DNA of 56,793 bases, filler included, from Sandaracinaceae bacterium (GTDB lineage: Bacteria; Myxococcota_A; Polyangia; Polyangiales; JADJQN01): assembly GCA_947483975.1 (NCBI GenBank). It is 2 parts of 2 records of this genome, joined end to end, with 100 filler letters (N's around TTAATTAATTAA, not from the genome) between each part and the next. Parts side by side here need not be neighbours in the genome. Positions count along the whole stretch, not along the records: positions 1 to 28,586 come from CANKOL010000021.1; 1 more part is not named here. One strand, given 5' to 3'. Of this stretch, positions 10,101-18,246 are shown piece after piece. Numbering within the stretch: position 1 is the stretch's first letter; the number at the start of each line of letters is the position of its first letter. The notes below the pieces were generated by a model. It was not told the origin of the DNA. It made no database searches and saw nothing but the letters and a program-made list of their open reading frames with translations. Made by a program: the position numbers and the translations under genes.

Positions 10101-10189
10101 ACACCGTGCGCGAATCGGTCGACGTGGTCGTGAGGCCGGACCGCCCCGCCGACGAGCCCGCTCCGAACGCCGTGCGAGGTGCGCAATGA
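7178..10189 (+). CDS. nuoL: NADH-quinone oxidoreductase subunit L with about 300-aa C-terminal soluble extension
   Basis: [61 protein letters not shown] and FSKD; 1003 aa. Confidence 0.95.
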   Translation: [1003 protein letters not shown]

Positions 10190-11811
10190 GCCGCCATCTG
10201 CTCTCGGTGCTGCTGTTCCTGCCGCTGCTCGCGGCGCTCGTCGTGATGTTCACGCCTCGCCAGTATCTGCGCACGCTGCGCGGGTTCTCGGTGGGCGTGA
10301 TGCTCGTCGAGTTCTTGCTCAGCCTCCGCCTGCTGTTCGACCGGCACGTCGATGCCGTGGACTGGTCGAGCGCAAGCTACAAGTTCGTCGAGGCCCACTC
10401 CTGGGTCGAGAGCCTCGGCATCCAGTACAAGGTCGGGGTCGACGGCATCTCGCTCTGGCTGGTGCTCTTGACGACGGCGATGACGCCGATCGCGCTCTTT
10501 AGCTCGTGGCAGTCCGTCGACACCAAGATCAAAGAGTTCGCGATCGCGTTCCTGCTGCTCGAGTGCGGGATGATCGGCGCGTTCGTCTCGCTCGATCTCT
10601 TCCTGTTCTATGTGTTCTGGGAGCTGATGCTGGTGCCGATGTACCTGATCATCGGCATCTGGGGCGGCAAGGACCGCGTCTACGCCGCCGTGAAGTTCTT
10701 CATCTTCACGATGGTCGGCTCGGTGCTGATGCTCGTCGCGCTGCTCTATCTCGTCTCGCAGTACCAGCACCTCTCGGGACACTACAGCTTCGACCTCGGC
10801 GAGCTCGGGCGTGTACAGCTGCCAGCGAAGGCTCAGTACTTCTGCTTCGCGGCGTTCGCCCTCGCGTTCGCGGTGAAGGTGCCGATGTTCCCGTTCCACA
10901 CGTGGTTGCCCGACGCGCACGTGCAGGCGCCGACGGGCGGCTCCGTGATCCTCGCGGCGGTGCTGCTGAAGATGGGCACGTACGGCTTTCTGCGCTTCGC
11001 CATGCCCCTCTTCCCGGTGGCGAGTCACTTCCTCGGGCCGACCCTCGCGGTCCTCGCCGTCATCGGCATCGTCTACGGCTCCTACTGCGCCTGGGTGCAA
11101 AAGGACGTCAAGAAGCTCGTCGCCTACAGCTCCGTGGCCCACCTCGGCTTCGTGATGCTCGGGCTCTTCTCCCTGACGACGCAGGGAATCTCGGGCGCCA
11201 TCCTGCAGATGGTCTCGCATGGCGTGTCCACCGGCGCGTTGTTCCTTCTCGTCGGCATCATCTACGAGCGCCGACACACGCGCGAGCTCGACGCCTTCGG
11301 CGGTCTCGCGAAGGTGATGCCGTTCTACGCGGTCATCTTCATCATCGTCACCATGAGCTCGGTGGGCCTCCCGGGGACCAACGGCTTCGTCGGCGAGTTC
11401 ATGATCCTGAGCGGCGCGTTCTCGAGCGAGGTGCTGCCCTTCGCCCGCGTGTTCACCGCGTTCGCGGCGACGGGCGTCGTGCTCGCTGCCGTCTACATGC
11501 TGCACGCGGTGCTCAAGATGTTCTGGGGCCCGCTCGACAAGGCCGAGAATCGCGGCCTGCCGGATCTCACGCGCCGCGAGGTCTACGCGCTCGCCCCGCT
11601 CGTGGTGCTGATCTTCTGGATTGGGCTCTATCCGAGCATGTTCCTGTCGCGGATGGAGCCGACCGTGAACGCCTTCATCGAGGGCTATGTGCAGAAGCGT
11701 AACGCGACCGTCGACCTCGAGGAGGCTCGGCTCGGGGCCGCGCCGGCGGGTGCCGGAGCAGAGGCTGCACAAGCCGACATTCGCGTGGTCGCTCCCGGAG
11801 GTGCGCAGTGA
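10186..11811 (+). CDS. nuoM: NADH-quinone oxidoreductase subunit M
   Basis: FWELMLVPMY, KVPMFPFHTWLPDAHVQAPT, LLKMGTYG and GLPGTNGFVGEF. Confidence 0.97.
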   Translation: MSRHLLSVLLFLPLLAALVVMFTPRQYLRTLRGFSVGVMLVEFLLSLRLLFDRHVDAVDWSSASYKFVEAHSWVESLGIQYKVGVDGISLWLVLLTTAMTPIALFSSWQSVDTKIKEFAIAFLLLECGMIGAFVSLDLFLFYVFWELMLVPMYLIIGIWGGKDRVYAAVKFFIFTMVGSVLMLVALLYLVSQYQHLSGHYSFDLGELGRVQLPAKAQYFCFAAFALAFAVKVPMFPFHTWLPDAHVQAPTGGSVILAAVLLKMGTYGFLRFAMPLFPVASHFLGPTLAVLAVIGIVYGSYCAWVQKDVKKLVAYSSVAHLGFVMLGLFSLTTQGISGAILQMVSHGVSTGALFLLVGIIYERRHTRELDAFGGLAKVMPFYAVIFIIVTMSSVGLPGTNGFVGEFMILSGAFSSEVLPFARVFTAFAATGVVLAAVYMLHAVLKMFWGPLDKAENRGLPDLTRREVYALAPLVVLIFWIGLYPSMFLSRMEPTVNAFIEGYVQKRNATVDLEEARLGAAPAGAGAEAAQADIRVVAPGGAQ

Positions 11812-13304
11812 CGGCCGCCGACATGCTCTATCTCGCTCCGCTGCTCTGCCTAGTCGCTGGCGGGCTGGCGATCATGCTCGTCGACGCGTTTGCGCCGAAG
11901 GGCCCCAACGCGCAGCGCGCGGAGCTTGCGACGCTGACGACGGTCGTGCTGGTCGCGGCCGCAGGCCTCTCCGTGGCGCTCTGGATGAAGGGCTCGACGC
12001 GCGGGCCGGAGTGGATCACCTCGTACCTCGCGACTGACCGCGTCGCGCTCTTCTTCGACGTGGTGATCTGCGGCGGCACGGCCTTCGCGGTGTTGCTCGC
12101 GGGCGGCTATCTGCGCGAACACGAGATGGAGCGCGGCGAGTTCTACCCGCTCGTGCTGTTCAGCGCGTTTGGCGCGATCGTCCTCGCGCGCTCGACGGAT
12201 ATGCTGACCGTCTTCATCGGCCTCGAGACGATGTCGCTCGGCGTCTACTCGCTCGTCGCGTTCAGGCGGACGAGCCCCCGCTCGGCGGAGGGCGCGCTCA
12301 AGTACTTCCTGCTCGGCTCGTTCGCGGCGGCCATCCTGCTCTTCGGTGCGGCGCTGCTCTACGGCGCGACCGGGCACACGGACCTCGCGGGCATCGGTGC
12401 GGCGGTCAAGTCGGGGCACGCGGACACGCGCCTCACGGTGATCGGGCTGCTGCTCCTGCTCGTTGGGCTCGCCTTCAAGGTGAGCGCGGTGCCGTTCCAC
12501 CAGTGGACGCCCGACGCCTACGAGGGCGCGATCACGCCGGTGACGGCGTTCATGAGCGTCGCGGTCAAGACCGCGGCCTTCGCCGTGCTGCTGCGCGTGC
12601 TCGTCGTGGCGTTCTCCGACCCGCTCACGGCGAGCGTGTCGACGGGCTGGCCCGCGGTGTTCGCGGCGCTCGCGGCGCTGACCATGGTCGTCGGCAACCT
12701 CGCCGCCGCCGTGCAGACGAGCGTCAAGCGCATGCTCGCGTACTCGTCGATCGCGCACGCCGGCTACATCCTCGTCGCGTTCGTCGCGCTGCCCTCGCAG
12801 GGCGAGAGCGCGGTCACCGCGGTCCTGTTCTACCTGGCGGCGTACACCGTCTCGAACGCGCTCGCGTTCGGCTCCCTCATCCTGATCGGCAGCCGTGGCC
12901 GTGAGGCCGTGAGCTACGACGACCTCGCCGGCATCGGGCGGCGCAACCCGCTCGTCGCGTTGCCGTTCATCCTCGGCATGCTCTCGCTGATGGGCTTCCC
13001 GCCGACCGCGGGCTTCTTCGCGAAGTACTATGTGTTCAGCGTGGCAGTGCAGGCGGGGGGCGGCATGGTGTGGCTCGCCGTCCTCGGCGTGCTTTCCTCG
13101 GTGATTGGCGCCTACTACTACCTCCGGGTCGTCGTCTTCATGTTCATGAAGGAGCCCAAGGAGGGGCAGACGATCGCCGTCCCGATGAAGTCGGGGTACG
13201 TCGTCATCGCGCTGATCCTCTCTGCCTATTTCGTTCTCCGCATGGGCTTGGCGCCCGGGGCGTACCTCGAGTGGGCACTCGAGGCTGCGAAGCGCCTCGT
13301 TTGA
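11808..13304 (+). CDS. nuoN: NADH-quinone oxidoreductase subunit N
   Basis: EGALKYFLLG, FKVSAVPFHQWTPDAYEG, KRMLAYSSIAH and GFFAKYY. Confidence 0.97.
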   Translation: MTAADMLYLAPLLCLVAGGLAIMLVDAFAPKGPNAQRAELATLTTVVLVAAAGLSVALWMKGSTRGPEWITSYLATDRVALFFDVVICGGTAFAVLLAGGYLREHEMERGEFYPLVLFSAFGAIVLARSTDMLTVFIGLETMSLGVYSLVAFRRTSPRSAEGALKYFLLGSFAAAILLFGAALLYGATGHTDLAGIGAAVKSGHADTRLTVIGLLLLLVGLAFKVSAVPFHQWTPDAYEGAITPVTAFMSVAVKTAAFAVLLRVLVVAFSDPLTASVSTGWPAVFAALAALTMVVGNLAAAVQTSVKRMLAYSSIAHAGYILVAFVALPSQGESAVTAVLFYLAAYTVSNALAFGSLILIGSRGREAVSYDDLAGIGRRNPLVALPFILGMLSLMGFPPTAGFFAKYYVFSVAVQAGGGMVWLAVLGVLSSVIGAYYYLRVVVFMFMKEPKEGQTIAVPMKSGYVVIALILSAYFVLRMGLAPGAYLEWALEAAKRLV

Positions 13305-14296
13305 AAGCGAACCCGCGCGCGCGCATCGCAGGCACCGGCAAATACGTGCCGGAGCGAGTTCGAACCAACCACGATCTCGAGCAGCTCGTCGACACCTCGG
13401 ACGCGTGGATCCTCGCGCGCACCGGCATCCGCGAGCGTCGGGTCGCGGCCGACGGTGAGTTCACGAGCGATATGGCCGCCGCCGCCGCGCGCCAAGCGCT
13501 GGCCGCCGCGGGCCTGCAAGCCACCGACCTCGACCTGATCATCATCTGCACCGTCACGCCGGATATGCCGCTGCCGTCGACGGCGATGTTCGTGCAGCGG
13601 AAGATTGGCGCGCGCCCGGACTGCCCTGGTTTCGACCTCGGCGCAGCGTGTGCCGGCTTCATCTACGGGCTCTCGGTCGCCAATCAGTTCATCTCGGCGG
13701 GCGGGGCAAAGCACGTGCTCGTCGTCGGGGTCGAGTTGCTCTCTCGCGTCGTCAACTGGACCGACCGCGGGACCTGCATCCTCTTCGGAGACGGCGCGGG
13801 CGCGGTGGTGGTCAGCGCCTCGCACGACGATGGGCGCGGCATCCTCTCGACGCATCTCTTCGCGGACGGTTCGCTCGCGGAGGTGCTCAACATCCCCGCG
13901 GGCGGCTCGGCCAACCCCGCGACGCAAGAGACCGTCGCCGCCGGGCTTCACCTCGTGCACATGCTCGGCTCGGAGATCTTCAAGGTCGCCGTGCGGAACC
14001 TGTCGTCTGCGAGCGTCGTCGCGCTCGAGGCGAACGGGCTCACCGCGGACGACGTCGACTGGGTCATCCCGCATCAGGCGAACCTGCGCATCCTCGACGT
14101 CGTCGCGAAGCGCTGCGGCATCCCGATGGAGCGCTTCTTCCTGAACATCGAGAAGTACGGGAACACCTCGAGCGCGTCGATCCCGATCGCCCTCGACGAG
14201 GCCGTGCGCGGTGGGCACGTGAAGCCGGGGCAGACGCTCCTCTTCTGCGCGCTCGGCGGCGGCATCGCCTGGGGCAGCGCGATCATCCGCTGGTAG
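13301..14296 (+). CDS. fabH: 3-oxoacyl-ACP synthase III
   Basis: TTG start overlapping the nuoN stop; catalytic triad motifs AACAGF, PHQAN and GNTSSAS. Confidence 0.93.
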   Translation: MKANPRARIAGTGKYVPERVRTNHDLEQLVDTSDAWILARTGIRERRVAADGEFTSDMAAAAARQALAAAGLQATDLDLIIICTVTPDMPLPSTAMFVQRKIGARPDCPGFDLGAACAGFIYGLSVANQFISAGGAKHVLVVGVELLSRVVNWTDRGTCILFGDGAGAVVVSASHDDGRGILSTHLFADGSLAEVLNIPAGGSANPATQETVAAGLHLVHMLGSEIFKVAVRNLSSASVVALEANGLTADDVDWVIPHQANLRILDVVAKRCGIPMERFFLNIEKYGNTSSASIPIALDEAVRGGHVKPGQTLLFCALGGGIAWGSAIIRW

Positions 14297-14371
14297 GGAC
14301 GGGGCAGCGCGATCATCCGCTGGTAGGGACGGGGCAGCGCGATCATCCGCTGGTAGGGACGGGGCAGCGCG
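14271..14371 (+). repeat. 30-bp tandem repeat x3 plus partial copy, duplicating the fabH 3' end and stop
   Basis: GGGGCAGCGCGATCATCCGCTGGTAGGGAC at 14271, 14301 and 14331; partial at 14361. Confidence 0.95.
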
Positions 14372-14422
14372 CGGGCGCCGCTTGGAGACGTGAGCGCGGG
14401 GCGGGCCCTGGGGCTCGAGCGC

Positions 14423-15475
14423 TCAGTCGGGCAGGGGCGGCCAGTCGCGCGCGTCGGGGCGAGCGAGCGTCGGGTCGGTGCAGCCGCCGGGCGGCGCGTC
14501 GGGGAGCGTCTCGGCGGGGAGCCGCACGTAGGCGTTGAACGAGGCGTGCGCGCCGCTCGGGTCGTCGACGAGGACGTACCAGCGGATCGTGCCGGTCGGA
14601 TAGGCTGGGATGCGCTGGATTCGTCCGCTCGCGTCGGCCTGAGCGCCGCCGCCTTGGGCGAAGGGCTCGATGCCTCGGGCGGGGGCGCGCAGGGTCGCGA
14701 ACGCCTGCCCCGAGGTGGCGCTCGCGTACAGGCGGGTGCCCGTTGGGAGCGTGACCACGCGACCGTAGTTCGGGCCCGCGCTCCAGCCAGTGATGACGCC
14801 AGCGCAGCCGTAGGCGGACGCGATGGCTCCCGCCTCGCACGGCACATCGTGGCGGCGATAGCCCCGCACGAGGAAGCCGCCGACCGCGACGTCGATGGCG
14901 TCCCAGCCGTGGCTCGTAGAGGCCAGCGCGAGCGGGGCGATGTCGGGCGGGAGCCAAGTGGCGGTCCCCCCGGGGTAGGGCGCGAGCGGGGCGCGCTCGC
15001 CGCAGTGGAGCGCGACCTCGTCGACGAGCGTGGGAGGCGTGGAGTCCCATGGGAGCTCGCCTGGGTTGGTAGTCGTCGGCGCTGCCCCGAGGTCGAGCAG
15101 GGCGGAGGCGACGGGGAGGCCGAGCGGCAACGCGACTCGGACGGCGTGCGGAGCGACCGCCAAGACCGGCGCCCAGGTGCTCGGCTGCATCCGGATCTCG
15201 AACCGCGTGCCACGAAGGCGTGTCGCGGCGCCGACTCCCGCCGCGAGGTGAGCCTCGCTGAGGTCGATGAGCGCGCGCCACCTCAAGGTGCTGCCGCGGA
15301 AGGCGACGTCGGCGACCTGCGCGTGCCCGCCGCGCAGTGACACGCGCGACGTCGTGGCCTCGCCGATCGCCGCGCCGCGAGCCGTCAGAGAGCCCGAATG
15401 CAAAAAGAACGACTGGGCGGCGACCGGCGCTGGCGCGGCGAGCGTGGCGAGCACGAGGAGGAGCGCGAGACGCAT
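14423..15475 (-). CDS. Secreted hypothetical protein
   Basis: Signal peptide MRLALLLVLATLAAPAPVAA-Q; C-terminal 350 aa of ORF 14423..16489. Confidence 0.7.
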   Translation of the reverse strand: MRLALLLVLATLAAPAPVAAQSFFLHSGSLTARGAAIGEATTSRVSLRGGHAQVADVAFRGSTLRWRALIDLSEAHLAAGVGAATRLRGTRFEIRMQPSTWAPVLAVAPHAVRVALPLGLPVASALLDLGAAPTTTNPGELPWDSTPPTLVDEVALHCGERAPLAPYPGGTATWLPPDIAPLALASTSHGWDAIDVAVGGFLVRGYRRHDVPCEAGAIASAYGCAGVITGWSAGPNYGRVVTLPTGTRLYASATSGQAFATLRAPARGIEPFAQGGGAQADASGRIQRIPAYPTGTIRWYVLVDDPSGAHASFNAYVRLPAETLPDAPPGGCTDPTLARPDARDWPPLPD

Positions 15476-15583
15476 GCGCGTCAGTGTCCCACGGGGCGTC
15501 AGAGTTCCAGGATCGGAGGCGCGGCGGACCGGCAACGGGAAATCGGTGGGGCGGCGGGCGACGAATGCTAGAACGGAGCCCGC

Positions 15584-16450
15584 ATGAACCGCTGTGCCTT
15601 CCTCCTCGTCGTGCTCGCCCTCGCCTCGGGCTGCAGTGGTCGTGCGCACGCGCCGACGCCTGTCGCCGATCCTCACGCCGCTACGCCCCCAGCGCACGCG
15701 CCGGCCACGCCCCCGACCCCGCCTGCGGGGCCGAGCGGCACCGTCATCGGCATCGTGCGGCTGGCCGAGGGCGCGGAGCTTCCCTCGTGGCCTGACGCCG
15801 TGATGCCGCGTCCGCCGGGGACGCCGATGCAGAGGCCCGAGATCTGTGGTCCGCCGAAGCTCTCGTACCACTGGTCGGCGCGCCTCGACGCGGCGACGCG
15901 GGGGCTCGAGGGAGTGCTCGTCGCGCCGAGCGACTTCGACGCGGCGCCCACCTCGACGCCGGTGACTCACGAGGTCGCGATCCGCGACTGCCAGCTCGAG
16001 CCGCCCTTTCTCGTCGCCACGCGCGGCGACACCGTGCGGCTGACCAACGCGACCGACTACCCGTTCGTCCCCGGCGGCGGCGAAGGCCCCGGCATCATGC
16101 AGGCGCTGATGCACGGGCAGACGCGCGACTTCGCGCTCGACCGCCTCGGGCCGCGCACGATCGCGTGCAACGCGTTCGGCTGGGAGTGTGGGCGCACGGA
16201 CGTGATGACGATGGCGCATCCGTTCCACGCGGTCACCGGCGCCGATGGGCGCTTTCGGATCGAGCATGTGCCGGCGAACGAGGATCTGCGCCTCCACGCG
16301 TGGAACCCGCTCTTCGACGAGACCGTCGTGCCGCTGCGCCTCGCGCCCGGCGAGACGAAGACGATCGAGCTCGTGCTGACGCCAGCGCCGGTCCAGGCAC
16401 CGCCGCCCCCGGGGCCGCCGCGCGACCCGCGCCTCGGCGACATCCACTGA
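15584..16450 (+). CDS. Lipoprotein with cupredoxin-like / carboxypeptidase-regulatory-like beta domains
   Basis: Lipobox LASGC; IRDCQLEPPFLVATRGDTVRLTN and HPFHAVTGADGRFRIEHVP. Confidence 0.7.
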   Translation: MNRCAFLLVVLALASGCSGRAHAPTPVADPHAATPPAHAPATPPTPPAGPSGTVIGIVRLAEGAELPSWPDAVMPRPPGTPMQRPEICGPPKLSYHWSARLDAATRGLEGVLVAPSDFDAAPTSTPVTHEVAIRDCQLEPPFLVATRGDTVRLTNATDYPFVPGGGEGPGIMQALMHGQTRDFALDRLGPRTIACNAFGWECGRTDVMTMAHPFHAVTGADGRFRIEHVPANEDLRLHAWNPLFDETVVPLRLAPGETKTIELVLTPAPVQAPPPPGPPRDPRLGDIH

Positions 16451-16601
16451 CGTTCTCAGGCGGGCGGCGGGAGCGTCGTTCGCGCGCACTCGTGAGGAGG
16501 CGCGGAGGCTGCGTGTCCCCCCGCGTCGCCGACCGCGAAACCGCCTCCGCGCGCGCAGCGTGAGTGGCGGAGTCGGCGTCGTCGCGTGCTAACGTGGGCG
16601 C

Positions 16602-17936
16602 GTGTCACCGCGACGGCTGGTCACTCCGCCGAAGACGATCACTCTTCACGTCGATGGGCACGAGGTGCCGGCCGTAGCGGGGGAGCCCGTGGCCGTCGCG
16701 CTCGCGGCTGCGGGCCGCTACGTCCTCTCGCGCAGCATCAAGTATCACCGACCCCGCGGCCCGACGTGCTTCACGGGGCGCTGCGACGGCTGCCTGATGC
16801 GCGTGGACGGCGTCGGCAACGTGATGACGTGCCGCGCGCCGGCGCGCGACGGCATGCACGTCGAGACGCAGAACGTCGTCGGCTCGGCTGAGTCGGACCT
16901 GCTCTCTGCGACGGATTGGTTCTTCCCCGGCGGGATGAACCATCACGAGATGTTCACCGCGAACAAGATGCTCAACCAGGCGATGCTGAAGGTCGCGCGC
17001 CGTATCGCGGGCATCGGCGAGCTCCCGACTCGCCTCGTGCCCGACTCGCCTCCGCGCGAGGCTGCGTGCGAGGTGCTGGTCATCGGCGGCGGTCCCGCGG
17101 GGCTGGCCGCGGCGACACAGGCGGCGCTCGCGGGTGCTTCGACGATCTTGCTCGAGGAGACCGACGAGACGGGCGGGCATCTGCTGGCGTATCCGGGCGG
17201 CGTCGTCGATGAGCGCGGGCGAGAGCTCAACGCGCCTGCGGTGGCGGAGGCGCTCACGCGCGAGGCAGAGGCGGCGGGCGTCCGCGTGCTCGCGCGGCAC
17301 GCTGCGATTGGCGTCTACGGCGACGAGGTGCTCGCGCACGCGAAGGACCATGTGTTGCGGGTGCGGGCTCAGCGCGTGATCGTCGCGACCGGCGCGCACG
17401 AGGGCGGAATGGCCTTCGAGGGCTCGGATCTGCCCGGCGTGATCGGCGTTCGCGCGGCGTGTCTGCTCCTGCGGCACGGCGTGCTGCCCGGCGAGCGCGT
17501 CGCGATCGTCGGCTTGGGCGAGTGGAGCGACGCGCTCGCGTCGGCGCTGCGTACGCGCGGCGCAGAGGTGTTCGGACCGTTTCCGGAGGCGGAGGTGCTG
17601 CGCGCGCGAGGGCGTCCGGCGGTGCGCGGGCTCGACGTGGCGCGCGGCGCGGGAGCGGGCGCGACGACGGAGACGCTCGAGTGCGACTGTGTCGCCATCG
17701 CACCGCCGCCCTCGGCCGCGTACGAGCTTGCGGAGCAAGCGGGCGCCGGGGTGTCGTTCTCGGGAGACGCGTTCGTCGTCAGCGCGAACGGAGTGAACGG
17801 CGCGACCGCCGCTGCGCGCGTGTTCGCGGTCGGCGAGTGCACGGGCGTCGAGGGGCTCCGCGTCATCCTCGAACAGGCGCGCGCGGCGGGCGAGGCCGCC
17901 GCGGCGTCGCTCGAGCCAGAGGCCGCGAATGTCTGA
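16602..17936 (+). CDS. 2Fe-2S/FAD oxidoreductase alpha subunit (sarcosine oxidase / proline dehydrogenase / opine oxidase family)
   Basis: SRSIKYHRPRG, CFTGRCDGC...NVMTC, VIGGGPAG and VATGAHE. Confidence 0.85.
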   Translation: MSPRRLVTPPKTITLHVDGHEVPAVAGEPVAVALAAAGRYVLSRSIKYHRPRGPTCFTGRCDGCLMRVDGVGNVMTCRAPARDGMHVETQNVVGSAESDLLSATDWFFPGGMNHHEMFTANKMLNQAMLKVARRIAGIGELPTRLVPDSPPREAACEVLVIGGGPAGLAAATQAALAGASTILLEETDETGGHLLAYPGGVVDERGRELNAPAVAEALTREAEAAGVRVLARHAAIGVYGDEVLAHAKDHVLRVRAQRVIVATGAHEGGMAFEGSDLPGVIGVRAACLLLRHGVLPGERVAIVGLGEWSDALASALRTRGAEVFGPFPEAEVLRARGRPAVRGLDVARGAGAGATTETLECDCVAIAPPPSAAYELAEQAGAGVSFSGDAFVVSANGVNGATAAARVFAVGECTGVEGLRVILEQARAAGEAAAASLEPEAANV

Positions 17937-18246
17937 CAAGACCATCGTCTGTCGCTGTGAGGACGTCAGCGCGCACGACGTCGAGAAGGCCGTCGCGCAC
18001 GGCTATCGCGACCTCGAGTCCGTCAAGCGCTTCACGGGTTTCGGCACGGGTTGGTGTCAGGGAAAGCAGTGCGTCTCGCTGTGCGCGCGCTTGCTCGTCG
18101 CGGCAGGCGGCGAGGTGCCCACCAGCCCGATCACGCCGCGTCCGCCGTTTCATCCGGTGCCGCTCGCGCACCTCGCTGGGCTCGAGCGCCCGCGCAAAGA
18201 CTCCGTCGCTGCCCCGCCTGCTCGCAACGACGAGGACGAGCGCTGA
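17929..18246 (+). CDS. BFD-like (2Fe-2S)-binding small subunit
   Basis: IVCRCEDV...KRFTGFGTGWCQGKQC...TPRPP. Confidence 0.88.
   Translation: MSDKTIVCRCEDVSAHDVEKAVAHGYRDLESVKRFTGFGTGWCQGKQCVSLCARLLVAAGGEVPTSPITPRPPFHPVPLAHLAGLERPRKDSVAAPPARNDEDER

Noticed and set aside
6806..10186. 1126-aa minus-strand ORF, and similar ones at 4757-6223, 10099-11772, 25211-26701, 33534-35003, 36898-38319 and 53065-54840
   Set aside because: Antisense shadows of well-supported genes; high-GC codon bias suppresses stops; no motifs.
10170..11811. Shared C-terminal GAQ motif in NuoL, NuoM and the 1048-1779 protein as a sorting signal
   Set aside because: Explained by the embedded GAGGTG Shine-Dalgarno and ATGA/GTGA overlap for the next gene.
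14271..14371. Possible CRISPR or mini-array
   Set aside because: No spacers; the unit is the fabH coding end.
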